From Callorhinchus milii (taxonomy: Eukaryota): a DNA stretch of 64,000 nucleotides. The first letter of the stretch is position 1. The number at the start of each line of letters is the position of its first letter. This document shows positions 11,801-24,900 of the stretch, one piece after another. The stretch lies in NCBI RefSeq assembly GCF_018977255.1, contig NW_024704743.1, positions 28,336,001 to 28,400,000 of the forward strand. Reading direction: 5' to 3'. Under the pieces are notes generated by a model that ran no database searches, was not told where the DNA came from, and worked only from the letters and a program-made list of their open reading frames with translations. Position numbers and translations under genes: made by a program.

Positions 11801-12725
11801 TCCTTAGTGCCCCCCTCTTGGTGACATCATCCGCAGACATGAGGTCAACTTCTACATGTACACGGATGACACACAACTGTATCTCTGCCTCCACCCCTGA
11901 CTCCAGGACCACTGCTGTCCTGACAGAATGTCTGTCAGACATCAAGTCCTGGATGAGAGCTAACTTTCTTTAGTTGACCGTCAACAAGACCGAGGCTCTC
12001 CTGATTGGCTCCCATCAGTGCCTCCTCATCGAAGCCTCTGACAGCATCACCATCCATGGATGTACACTGCATCTTGCTAAGCCAGTCCAGAATCTTAGGG
12101 TCTTGTTTGACCCTCAACTATCCTTTCTACCCACATCTGTGCCATGACTTGCACTGCCTTCCCCCACTTCCGCAACATCACCCAGCTCCACCACTGTCTC
12201 ACACCAGAGGCCGCAGAAACCCTCATACAAGCATTCATTACATCAAGGCTTGACTATGCAAACTCCTTGCTTGTCAGCCTCTCCAACTTCTCCCTCCACA
12301 GGCTGCAGATTATCCAGAACTCTGCAGCCTGTGTCCTCTGCCACACCAGGCTCCGTGACCCAACACCCCCATCCTCACCCGACTCCACTGGGTTCTCATC
12401 ACACAGAGGATTGGTCTTGCTCCCCTTTACTTCTGCAAGCTCCTAACCCCCTACCATCCTACATTCTCTCTCCGCTCAGCGGGCTCCAGCCTGGTTTGTG
12501 TCCCCTGCCTCGCCTGCACCACCATTGGCAGTCGGGCCTTCTGTCACAGTCCCTCCATCTCGCCCCCTCCCTTGCCTCCTGCAAGACCCACCTCAAGACC
12601 CTCCTCTTCGACCGTGCTTTCAATCACCCTGCTTCTCCACCTGTCCTCCAGCCTTCCAGCTCAGGTCTGAAACTCTGACTGTCCAGCACCTTGGCACTAT
12701 ACAAATATAATTTTGTTGTTATTGT
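8880..12725 (+). mobile_element. Older degraded L2 LINE, interrupted by a younger L2 (9458-11473)
   Basis: Sequence before 9458 ends at [19 protein letters not shown] and resumes after 11473 with the next ORF2 segment (cf. young copy gagttgtcgcctcccaactgcgc); ends in a TTG tail near 12720. Confidence 0.8.
9458..11473 (+). mobile_element. Young 5'-truncated L2 LINE (RT domain + 3' UTR)
   Basis: RT motifs [13 protein letters not shown] and YADDTQLY, then SRLDYGNSLL and [14 protein letters not shown]; CpGs retained, few frameshifts, (TTG)n tail. Confidence 0.93.
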
Positions 12726-14761
12726 TGTAGTAGTGGAGATTGGCGAAGACAGGGTGATGTGCATGTGGAGATGAATCTTGGTGAGGACCCAGGCAGGGAA
12801 GTTTTGAATGAGCCTGAGCTGTGAGGTCAAGTGTTGGCATATAGCCTGAACCCTCTTTGTTCTCTATTAATTCCATGGAGTGTGGTGGTTCCACTGCTGT
12901 TGGGACCAATGATGCATTATCAGTGGAAAGCAACTAGCCACGTTCAAATATTGAAGATATAGAAAGGTATTGTGGTGTTTTGCTCATCAATCTTTAGCCG
13001 TCAGAGAAACAATTCGCAAATGATTCTTCCGAAGTTTAAATAAGTGGTGAAGAATCCACGATATGGATGGTGGTAAAAGGCCCTTGGAAGGAGTGCAACT
13101 GATATGGTGAATGGCATGATTTGATGTTATGCTTTTATCATGCCGTTATTTCAACCTCATGAGACACAATTACAATTTTGGGAGTAGAACTATTTTGCAA
13201 GATAATATTGTTTACCGTAGCACATCAGAGTTTAGTTGCACAGTTGTATTATCGAAATACTAAAAATATGCCTTACAATAGCAATCATTGCATTTAATGT
13301 AGCACCTTTTTAATTTGTTGAAACATATCAAAGGATATACCATAAAGTGTATTTTGGATGTGAACCCAAAGGCAATTTGCCTAAAACAATATCGCACAAA
13401 CAGCTATCAAGTGAGTGACCCATTTTATTTTTGGGATTGTTGGTCAGGACACAGCAATATACTCCCTTCAATTTTCAAATAGGGCGATGGGATCTTTAAG
13501 GTCCATCTGGACAAGCGGACGAGACCTCGGTTTAACATCTCATCCAAAGGACATCACTTCCAACAATGCAGCACAGCCCCAGCACTGCATTGATGTGGAG
13601 GTAATTAAGTGTGTCTATGTGTGAAAGGTGGTTAAAATGTAGGTTGGTGGGAGGGGTGACATAAACCAGCCATGAGGTCGCCAATGATCATCCTGCCACC
13701 TCCGAGAGTACCAGTCCTCGGAGAGCGCCACAAATAGCTGGTGACATCAGCAACATCCAGCCTCAGCTCTGTCTAGAGGACTAGAGCAGATCCCTCTCCC
13801 ACTAAAACAAAGCAAAGATCCTTAACAGAGGAAGGAATGGAAGGGGCCAGGGAAGGAATTGCAGCCCATACGAAAGGTGCTGCAGTTTGGTATGAACCTG
13901 GGCTGGAGGAATTGCGGTAGAAAATATAGTCCTGTCATTTGGGGCTCGGTCAAGCAGTTGCTTTTTGATCAGCAGTTAAAGTTTGGGTTTTGGCTTGAAT
14001 GAGGTCTGCGGTAATTGATTTACTTAATGTTATTGAATGTTGAGTTACTTAAGAAGCACAAATAGTTCTCAAAGTAGTTTGCAGATTTACCAGTAATCCT
14101 GTAGTTATAGAATTACTCGTGCTTTTCATTAAATCCTCATCATGGCACCCTGTATTCCAAACAATTTGTTACATATTATGCATCTCCACAATAATTATTC
14201 TAGCATATATGCACTCTATTTTCATTAGAACTGTACTCAGACATGCATGTGCACCTTAAGGAAAGGAAAAGAAAATTTGAGGGTGATAGTAGGTAAACAA
14301 AAATACCCATTAAGGCTAAACAAAATTATTGGTGTAAATTATAAGGCTGGCCTATCAATAAAAGCAACAACAAATTGCATTTATAAAGCACCTTTCACGT
14401 CAGGAAGTCCCAAGACATTGGACAGTCTTCAGAGTTTGTACCCAAACTAGAATCATAAAGGTGGTGTGGGGTGTGTGAATGAAGGCACAGTCAAAGAAGA
14501 TCTTGAGGTGCATCTTGAATGAGGCAAGGGAACAACAAATTGCATTTATATAGCACCCTTCATGCAGGGTAGTGTCCGGGAGCACTTAACAGTGGCGAAG
14601 TCTGACCCCGAGCCATGGGGAAAGAGAGAGGTGTCCGTAAGCACGATCAAAAAGGAAGGTCTTTAGGCAGGATTTGAAAGTGGGGAGGGAGGTGGCAAGC
14701 CAGAGGGATTGGGGGGAAGAGAGTTCCAGAGTTTCGGGGCATAGTACTGAAAGCTGTAGTG

Positions 14762-15068
14762 TGGCCTGTAGCTCAGTGGTTAGAGCATTCGCTTTGCAAG
14801 CGAGAGACCTGGGTATGATTCCCGGCAGGGTGAAACCTTGAGCAAGTTTCTTTGCTCCACAAGCCTGATAATAATCCCTCAAGAAAATAAAACAATAATA
14901 AATTGGTCACTTCAAATCCACGACTGTTTGTGGGACACTGCTGTGTGCAATTGGCTGCTGCATTTCGCCCACAAATATAGTCAATTCCCCTTAGTTTATT
15001 GTGTGAAGCGCTTTGAAACATCTAGAAGACGTGAAGAGCGCTATATCAAATGCAAGGATTATTATTAG
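14762..15068 (+). mobile_element. Near full-length tRNA-Deu-L2 SINE
   Basis: tRNA-like head with A box tagctcagtggttagagc and B-box-like segment; Deu core ctgtttgtgggacactgctgtgtgcaattggctgc; tail gcgctatatcaaatgcaaggattattatta. Confidence 0.88.
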
Positions 15069-15075
15069 GATTATT

Positions 15076-15980
15076 AAAGCACGGCCGCTGATGGTGGAGC
15101 GGAGTGGATAAGGGATGAACAAGAGGCCGGAGCAGGGGGTTGAGCAAGTCGGAAACGAAGGGAGGTGCGAGGGCATGAAGGGATTTGAAAACAAGTGAGA
15201 GGATCTTGAAATCAATCCGTTCGGTAATTGGGAGCCAGTGCAGCCTGGCAAGGACTGGTGTGATGGGGTCCTGGAGTTTTGTGCGGGTGAGTATCTGGGC
15301 GGTGGAGTTCTGAATTAATTGTATTTTATATATTGTGGAACTGGGGAGGCCAGCAAGGAAGGGACGAGGTAAAGAGATTCCAGGATAGAGTTCCAGATGT
15401 TTGAGGCAGAAAGCCTGACCGCCAAAGTTGGAATGGGCAGGGCAGAGGACATGAAGCAGGCCAGGGCCCACCGAGCTTGTGTACTCTCGCGCAACAGGCT
15501 CCGTGACCCCATCACTCCCACCCTCACCCGACTCCACTGGCTCCCCATCCCCCAGAGGATCGAGTTCAAGATACTCGTCCTCACTTTTAAGGCCATCCAT
15601 GGCCTTACTCCCTCCTACCTCTCTGACCTGCTGACTCCCTACCAACCTGCCCATTCCCTCCATTCAGTTGCTCCGCCCTGCTCCATGTCTCCCGCCTGAT
15701 CCACCCTACCATCGGTGGCTGGGCTTTCAGCCTCTCTGCCCCCACACTCTGGATCTCCATCCCACGGTCCCTTCACCTCGCTTCCTCCCTTACCTCCTTC
15801 AAGGCCGGTCTCAAGACCCTTCTCTTCGATCGTGCCTTTGGTCTCCTTCCCACCTCTCTGCCTTCCCTCACCCCTACACCACCCCTCCCCCATGCTCGGG
15901 CCCCAACACCTGACTGTTCAGCGCTTTGGGAGGTCCTCCCGACATGAAAAGCGCTCTATAAATGTGATTTTGTTGTTGTT
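15076..15980. mobile_element. Cluster of L2 3' fragments in opposite orientations
   Basis: Minus-strand piece IQNSTAQILTRTKLQDPITPVLARLHWLP; plus-strand piece [27 protein letters not shown] with TTG tail. Confidence 0.82.
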
Positions 15981-16962
15981 GATTGGCAGATCATTTTTCT
16001 GGGGGTAATAATCCCTTCCAAAAATAATAATTTGGTCACTCAATCCACAACTGTTTGTGGGACACTGCTGTGCAGAATTGGCTGCTGCGTTTCACCCACA
16101 AAATACAGTCGATTCACTTTACAGTATATTCTGTGAAGCTCTTTGAAACATTTCAACCACATAAGGCGCAATATCAAATGCAAGGATTATTATTATCATT
16201 AGATTGCTGTAGGTCAGAAAGAAACTAAGAGAAATCTTTGTACTTGGTCATTGAACTAGTTTGACAGTTCTCTTCATTCGTTCAAACTTTCAAAGACAAC
16301 ACACCACTTCCTGTTTCTCTCAAGAAAAGGTTAAGATGAAAAGAGAAAACGCAAGGTTGATTAAGTCCAAAAAGGAAGTTAATGTTTAAATTCCCCTGAC
16401 AAAAAAAATCATGATAGACTGACTGTTGTTCGCCTTTCCAGTACAAGAAAATTACTTTTTGTCCTCATTCATCAATTATGGTAAAACATCACTGACACAT
16501 TAAATGATGTGAACAGTAGTGCAAGTGTGATATTAACTTTGAAGGGTTTCATAATTAACTAAAAGCTACAGGAGTACAGCTAAAAACAAAATGAGTAGCA
16601 GTCGGTTTGAACCTGGGTTTGGGAGAGGAGAAAAAGATACTTTTCCCATTCCCAACCATCAACCAACTTTTTAAAAAAATTGTGCCTTTGTTGCTGGAAA
16701 GTGCAAGTAGATAGACATCGAGTTAGGCACAACTGGAAATCCTTCCACAGTAAAACAGCTTGTCACAGATTCATGGCCTGAGCTCATACATCTAGAACGG
16801 CCGTTTGGAAAAGTCTGATGCCAGCTACGGAACTGTACTCTCAGCAAGGGTCAGGTGGCTTTCAAAGAGAGAAAATTGGCAAAATTATCATTTTTACACC
16901 TGATACTGGCTCCAAAGGTAACCTTGTCTAATGAACAAGAAGATGATAATGCCATGAACAAA

Positions 16963-17736
16963 TGTTAGAATTTACACTTTTTGTATAATGTTAGAATCAT
17001 AATAGATGTTGCGAACGGGTTAACTTTTACGTTAAGTGTGGGGGGCAACTAGACTGACACTCATGATTAACACTCAAGAGCAACAAAAGGCAACCCTCAG
17101 GAATAGCAGCTAAAGAGCAAGTTGCTTAAACAAGAGGACCTTGGTACCATCCTGGGATACTGATAAGAAATAACCAGTCACTTAAAAGGAATGTACTAAT
17201 GATCCCACCTAACAAAATAACGAGCATCAGATAACAGGGGTCTTAAGGACAATGTGTATGTGTACTGAGGCACGTACACACCATGAGGTGTTCACGTGAA
17301 CCCAGCATGATTTTGACCGGGTGATCTAATGTCCGCACCATGATTGGACCAACATTGGTATAAGAGTTCCGATAACTTTGTGTACGGGGCCGTCCCGGGT
17401 CGCGGAGACAAGGATACGGGACCGTCCCGGGCTGCGGAGACAAGGGTACAGGAGATGGAAGACTGAGAGCTGGAAACACTAAGACTGCGGATATCAGATG
17501 GAAGATTGAAAGCTGTAAGCAAGAAGACTGAAAGCATGAAGAATCAAGCTTGTGTGTTGCAAAGGCACAGTGTTGAACTCGAGATATCTACGGAGGTATT
17601 GTTCTGTTATAAGATCTCTTGATTGTACCGGCCTTTGGTCTGACCCATCGGGATATTGCGGAATAACAAACGAATAATAATAAAACACTCTGATATGTGG
17701 TTGCAAACGGATTATGGCTGATTTTATTTTCTAACA
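16963..17736 (+). mobile_element. Solo LTR (ERV- or Gypsy-type), 774 bp
   Basis: Termini TGTTAGAA...TTCTAACA (perfect 8-bp inverted, TG..CA); 4-bp direct repeat CAAA on both sides (16959-16962, 17737-17740); ATTGG boxes then TATAAG at 17359; AATAAA at 17679; internal ~24-bp direct repeat ccgtcccggg..gcggagacaagg; CpG-rich. Confidence 0.85.
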
Positions 17737-19017
17737 CAAAATAGGGAAGAAATGTCGGCAGAATTTCAAGTGCAGACATCAAAAAAGTGACAATGACATC
17801 AAGGTTGTTTTGCTCACTTTCTGGTTCAAGTTACTTTTATCTTGGTCAAAAAAGTTGAAAGCAAGTACAATACTTCTTTACATGGGAAGGGAATTCAAAC
17901 ATCAATTCATTACATAACACCACCTGGATTTATTGAGTCCAAAACGAAGTTAATGTTTAAATTCCCTGAACACTTAATCAGCAGATTCCATTTTCTCACA
18001 TTAAAGAGCCACCAAAAGATATCAGCAATTAAGCAATCGACTATTCCTTCAATGAAACCTAGGCTCCACTCTTCTTGGGAATGAGGAGCAGTTATAATAA
18101 TCCTTGCATTTGATATAGCGTCTTATCATGTCTTGAGACATCTCAAAGCGCTTCACAGAATATACTGCAAAGTGAATTAATTGACTATGTTTTGTGGGCG
18201 AAACTTTATGATGATGCACAAAAGCAACCAGTTTCCATATTTAGTGGAATAATTTTTATCGCCTGTAGCTTCAGACATCCTTACATTTGATACAGTACCT
18301 TTCACATCAGGACATCTCCAAGTACTTCACAGGTGATCCTGCAGTGTGATGAGCGTGTATTTAGCAGGTGAACATGGCGTACAATGTCCCACAAACAGTT
18401 ATGAAGTGAATTACCCGATTTTATTTGGGGGGAATGTTGGCCAGGAGAAATTTCCTTCTTTTGAATTGGTGCCATGGGATCTTTAATGTCCACCTGTAGA
18501 GGCAGACAGGACATCAAATTAACATCTTAGATGAAGTTCAGTACCTCCAAAAATGCTATGCACTGAACTGGAATGTCAGCCAAGTACAAATTCAGTGGCT
18601 GTTAAACTACAAAACAAATTTTGTCAACATGGTGGCTGAAATTTCAAAGATCCACTCCAAAGAGACACATTTCTGATGGTTGGTTTGCCAGGACCTGTAC
18701 CAAAGCAACTTGCATCTATATAGTACGCTTCACACAGTGTAGTATCTCTAAGTGCAGAAGCCGGATTAGGATGAACCTTTTTGATCCTGGTGATCGCCGG
18801 AAGCACAGTAATAATTTGTAGAAACTGTAATTATAATAAATAATAATAATCGTTGCATTTGATATTGTGCTTTACCACGTCTCAAAACACTTCAGAATAT
18901 ACTGTAAAGTGCAGTGACTGTGTTTTATGGGTGAAATGCAGCAGCCAATTGCACACATCTTAGAAACATCAAACACCAGATAACTCGTCACTCCAAGAGA
19001 AAAGGGCTCAATGACGA

Positions 19018-19290
19018 TAATAATAATCCTTGCATTTGATACAGCGCTTTTCACGTCGGGAGGACGTCCCAAAGCGCTTCACAGAACACACTGTAAAGTG
19101 AATTGACTATATATTTGCGGGTGAACGCGGCAGCCAATTGCGCACAGCAATGTCCCACAAACAGTCGTAGATTGAAAATGACCAATTTATTATTGTTTTG
19201 GGTTTTTGGAGGGATTATTATTAGGCGTGTGGAGTAAGGAAACTTGCCCAAGGTTTCGCCCTGCCTGGAATTGAACTCAGGTCTATCAGG
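19018..19290 (-). mobile_element. tRNA-Deu-L2 SINE
   Basis: Same family as 14762-15068, in reverse orientation. Confidence 0.85.
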
Positions 19291-20609
19291 AGTGACGAGT
19301 TAGGCATATGTATAAATACATATATAAATAAGGGTGGGATATTGACAGCATCATGACTTAACTGGTAGTGACAAGTTATCAGGAGTAAATCTTACCTTCA
19401 TTAAGAACCCCTCCAAGATGTCCTTTTTGAAAGCACAAGTCCTAACTAACTATTGAAATAACAAATCCCTCTTAACAGTGACGATCAGCTTCACTGTTTT
19501 CTTCAGTACTGCCTGCACATCTCGGGAAGGTCATAGTGAATTCTGAAATCAGCACTGTCCCTCAATCAGTCAGCAGTGATTGGGTCTTTCTCCTTGGTTT
19601 TAAATCCATCGACTCAAATCAGAATTATTAGTCCGACAAGATTTGAATAACACTGCCTCATTTGAGTTTAATAATAATCCTTGCATTTGATATAAGGTTT
19701 ATCAAAGTTTGGATGGAATGCAAAAAAGTCTTAAGTTCTGAGTGTATTTACTGTGATCTCAAATTAGAGATTTTGGTTTCACACACAAGTGCATTACACA
19801 GCCATTGTATACGTGGGAAAGAAAGAAACATGTACTACTTAAAATGGCATCGCACAACATGCAGGTTCGCTTGAATATTTTGTCCGTTAAAAAAATAAGA
19901 CAAAATGCAAAAGAACAGAAATTTATCATTATGATCTTGAATTATGGTTCTATCCAATATAAGATGATCCATAGTGCATCTTATATTAGTTGCACTATGG
20001 AGTTTAATTACTTGCAATTCTGTGTGAAAAAATAGCCGAAAAAAAGCAGTAAATCATAAACCTGCATATATGTATTCCTTATTGAATGTGGATGCAGACA
20101 CACAAAATAACCTTATGTAGACCAACAAATCTTTGTGCACCACACAATAGTTGCTCATTTCTTAATTGGCATTGGAAGCACCAATGTTACAATCCTACTT
20201 TAAATATAGTTGGGTTAAGCAGATTGCAGCTGCAATCATATGCAGCTTTCACAAAAAGCACATGGACAAGAGGCTTGATATGGAAGTTATTTTACAAATT
20301 GTTACTCTGGAATGCTCTGGCATTGGCTTAGTTAGTATTGCGTAGTAGCAATAATTTATTACGCATCCAATTTGGGGCCTGTATACTTAAAAAATAGCAA
20401 AAATTACTGAAGTTTTAAAATGTAATAGAATAATAATCCTTGCATTTGATAAGCACCTTATCATATCTTCAAGAATGTACTGTAAAAGTGAATTAACTGT
20501 ATATTTTATATATTTTGTGGGCGAAACGCAGCAGCTAATTGCGCACAGCAGTGTCCTAGAAACAGTTATGGATTGAAATAACCAATTTATTATTATTACT
20601 TTATTTTTT

Positions 20610-20920
20610 GAAAGAATTCAATAGTACTGAGCTTCAAAAATTTGAGGAAAGGAGGAAGAAACACCCGATTTTTGACCACATGTACATAAACTTGAAAAAA
20701 TTCTTCAATGAATGTTGTAAAAATAACTTTATGAACAGTCACAAATATGGAATGCATATTGACAAATGAAATCGAAAAAGCAAATTCGACCAAACGTCAG
20801 GTAAACTTAGACAAAGCAATGCCTTTTAGATCAGCTGGCAGCATCTATTCTGGAATGAGAAGCAAATTTTAAACTTGATATAAAGAGGATGTTTTTCAAC
20901 CTGACACTTCCCCAGAAAAC
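20610..20920. repeat. ~310-bp direct duplicate, copy downstream of the CLPTM1L stop
   Basis: Near-identical to 22300-22601 (gaaagaattcaatagtactgag...cctgacacttccccagaaaac). Confidence 0.9.
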
Positions 20921-21845
20921 TGATACTGTATTAAGTTATACATGGCCAATTAAATATATCAATTTAAATACTACCATATTTTGGCATGAGAGAAAATTGG
21001 TTCCTCTTTATTAATTGATTCTTTTCATTAAGCTAAAAATGATTTAAAATTAAACAATGAACCAGGTGATTCCATTCAGTAAAGCAAAGTGTTGAGGAGG
21101 TAGTTCAATATTTGAAAATCCAACATAGTCAAGCAAAATATTGCCGCTTCCAAACATTAAACTTGCAAACCATTGTATCCTCCATAAATCAATGAAGTGA
21201 TCAAGATGAAGCAACAAAAAAGCTGCACAATGCCAAACAATTTGAGTTAACATTCATTCATTTGGCCAAATCACAATTGATTTACTAATACAATGGATGG
21301 AGAACTACAGCTCTTGCAATTATTAACTATATCAACATCAAAGCAATGACATCATTAGTTGCTATAAGCCATTCACATTGTAAATGTCGCATAAATCCAC
21401 TCCATGACTCAAAAAAAAATTGCAGGCTAGTAAACTGATATCAAGCCCGAGTACAAGTGCAAGAGTTTAAAATAACCCAGTCCTTATGAAGTTGCAATAT
21501 TATCCTGCACCACTTCTTACCTCAAAAGGCTTTCTTTTAGTTAAAAGCCCAAGCCAATTTTTTTTCTTGGACCTTAACTCAAATATCATGGAGTTACAAA
21601 GTTATCTTGTGTTGCTATACAACAACATAATATTTTTAAATCTGCGTTTAAGCTCTATTTGAGAGTAATACTGTTTAACCATTATGAGATGGGATCCAGA
21701 ATTTGAAAAATTACAAATCCCAAAGGTTTGCACTGCTGGAAATCTATCCATACTGCAGTCCCAAAAGAAAAGATAAAGAAAGAAGCTGTGCCATAAGCAG
21801 CCGAGCTGTTTGATATGGCTACTTGCTGAAGTCCAATCTTAAAAA

Positions 21846-21933
21846 TTATTCTTTATGCAGTTTTCCCTCAGTCTCTTTCTCATCATACGATTCACCAAAT
21901 TCATTTATTCTGCTTTTATCCACTGGGTAAAGC
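21846..21933 (-). CDS. CLPTM1L: CLPTM1L coding exon 17 (last)
   Basis: [28 protein letters not shown]; acceptor ttgcag. Confidence 0.93.
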
Positions 21934-24900
21934 CTGCAATAAAAGACACACGTTGAACGTCAGAATTATGGAGGTAAATACACTTAGTGCAACAACAACT
22001 TGCATTTATATAGCACCTTTCATACGTGTAGCGTCTTAGAACGCTTAACAGTGGTGTGGTTTGACACCGAGCTGGAAATAGACCGAGGGTACAGTCAAAG
22101 AGAAAGTCTTCAAGTGTAATTTGAAGATAGGCAAAGATGGGCTAATCTTCACACACTTAGCACAAATATAGTTTCAGATATCATTGGGATTGTTGCACCA
22201 TACTGCTCTCGAAGCTTTGGTGGATGATGTAGCAACTTTGATAGGAGCATTTTAATATTATCAAAGGGATAATCATGCAAAGAATTCAATAGTAATCACG
22301 AAAGAATTCAATAGTACTGAGCTTCAAAAATATGAGGAGAGGAAGAAACACCCGATTTTTGACCACATGTACATAAACTTGAAAAAATTCTTCAATGAAT
22401 GTTGTAAAAATAACTTTATGAACAGTCACAAATATGGAATTGACAAACGAAATCGAAAAAGCAAATTCGACCAAACGTCAGGTAAATTTAGACAAAGCAA
22501 TGCCGTTTAGATCAGCTGGCAGCATCTATTCTGGAATGAGAAGCAAATTTTAAACTTGATATAAAGAGGATGTTTTTCAACCTGACACTTCCCCAGAAAA
22601 CATTATGTAAAATAAGTTCTAAACTAACACAAAAAAACAATGTTGGTGCAGTGTGTAGTATACAAACAGCTTGCTGTAATGCATCACAAAATGCAAAGCA
22701 GCTTCAGTAGAATTATCGAAGAAATAGAACTTCAGATGTTTACAGTACACAGTGGAATAAACATTCCATCATTTTTTGGGGCCGAATTTAAAGCCAGGAA
22801 GTGAAATTACAGACATGCAACACAATGAAGCAATCCAGGCCTCTAAACTATTCTTTCCTAATGAAAGTTGATGTTAGAAATTCAGATGAAATTTTAAAAA
22901 ATTTGCTTAAGTGCTGTTTGAACCTGGAATGCATTGCCTGAAAGGGTGATGGAAGCCAATTCAATAACAACTGTTAAGAGTAGATAATTATTTGGGGAGG
23001 ATAAGTTTGCAGGGCTATGGGGAGAGAGCGGGGGAGTGGGATTGGACTGGATAGCTCTTTTCAAAGAGCCGGCACAGGCACAATGGGCCGAATGGCCTCC
23101 TTCTGTGCTATACAATTCTATGATTCTATGAAGTGCTTGAATGTATTATTAGAACAAATATTGGAAAGCCTTACCATCTCTGATACAGGTAGACAAGAAA
23201 CACAACATCATCTCTGAAACATGCCAGTCTGTGTGATGTCGGCATAGTGATAATGAAAGCAAAGACATCATCAATGAAGGTATTGAATGCCTGAAATACA
23301 ATAAGAGAACGACTGTTACACCCAAACAGGAACATTAGGTCAAATCAAAAAAGTGGTCATATTGCACAATGCATCTTAAAATGTGTTCAGCTGCCCTCTG
23401 TGATGACTCAGCAAGTTTGCATCTGGTGATTTGTGAACAAGATTAAAATAAACAAATAGAATGAAGAAACAAGAATGAAGCCAGGAACTAAATGCAGCCT
23501 CATCATCGAATATAAATCTTACAACACATGCTTTTCTGTGCATGCGACACTGTCAGCTGATGAGATATTAATGTCATCACTAAGCACTATAATCTATTTT
23601 CAAGCTACATTAAAGAACCTCCTAAATCGATAGCTTTGCAATTGTAAAAGGGTAAAAGCCATACATGGTCCCAAACGCTTACTTTGTACATGAAAGCCTT
23701 CCATGGTAAATGAGCCACCGATTTCATCTGCAAATAAACAAAAGACATAAGAATACACTAAGATTCATAACAATTCCCTTACAGCAATCATCATTACTTC
23801 CCATTACAAATAATAGTTTTGGGATAGAGGATGGGAAAAGAGAAATATAAGAAAGACCAATAAATAAAACAATACATAAAGTGTCCCTGGGATATTTCAG
23901 TTGTAAGTAACATTGATTGGTGTTCCACGAATACATTCCACGAATTGCATTTTCAAACTGATTGCACATCAAGCTCAACAAGATCCAGATTTCATAGATT
24001 TTCAGTTGCCATCAATGTATGTCGCAATGTTGCTTGTACAACAGCAGCAGCAACTTGCATTTATATAGCACCCCTCACTCAGGGTAGTTCCAATGTTGCT
24101 TGTAATAAGCAGTGATTCTAACAGGTTTTATGTAACTGAAAATTGGAAGGACAAAGTTCTGGACAGTCGAGCTGGGGGTTGGATTCAAGAAGAGTGTGTG
24201 CGTGGGGGAGGGGTGCGAGGGGTTTGGGAAGATGCCCAAAAGCACAGTCAAAGAGGAAGATCTTGAGATGAATCTTGAAGGAGGCAAGAGAAGGCATGAG
24301 GGTGAAGGGATTTCTGGATGGAATTCCAGAGGGTGGGAGCAGAAAGGTTGAATGCCTGACCGCAGATGGGAGGGCAAGCCGGGCAGGGAAAATGAAGGTC
24401 AGTGCCTATCGAGCGATGGGAGCGAGCAGGTTGATAAGATTTTAGCAGGTCGCAGAGGTTGGGTATGACCATGGAGGACTTTAAAAATGAGGATGAGGCT
24501 CTTGAACTGGATCCTCTGGGAGATGGGGAGCGAGTGCGGCCAGGTGAGGGTGGGGGTGATAAGAACACAGAGCTTTGGCACAGGAGAGTACATGAGCTGC
24601 AGATTTCTGAATAATCTGCAACTTGTGGAGGGAAGAGTTAGAAAGTCCGACAAGCAGAGTTGGCATAGTCAAGCCTGGATGTGATGAAAGCATGGATAAG
24701 GGTCTCAGCAGCCTGAGGGAAGAGGTAGTGGCAGAGGAGGGCAAAGTTGTGGAGGTGGGGAAGGCTGAACGGGTCAAGGTATTGTTGTGTGGTTTGAAGG
24801 ACAGTCAGGAGTCAAACAACACATTGACATTCCAGACTGACTGTTAGATGGAGTATACATCCATATACAGTGATGCTGTCAGCACCTGAGGTGAGAAGGA

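Noticed and set aside
14762..14835. tRNA-Ala(TGC)-like sequence (also at about 55915-55984)
   Set aside because: It is the head of a SINE, followed directly by the Deu core and L2-like tail; acceptor and T arms are imperfect.
16361..17970. ~36-bp direct repeat agtccaaaa..gaagttaatgtttaaattccc at about 16364 and 17936, either side of the LTR
   Set aside because: Hundreds of bases from the LTR ends so not a TSD; too short to interpret.
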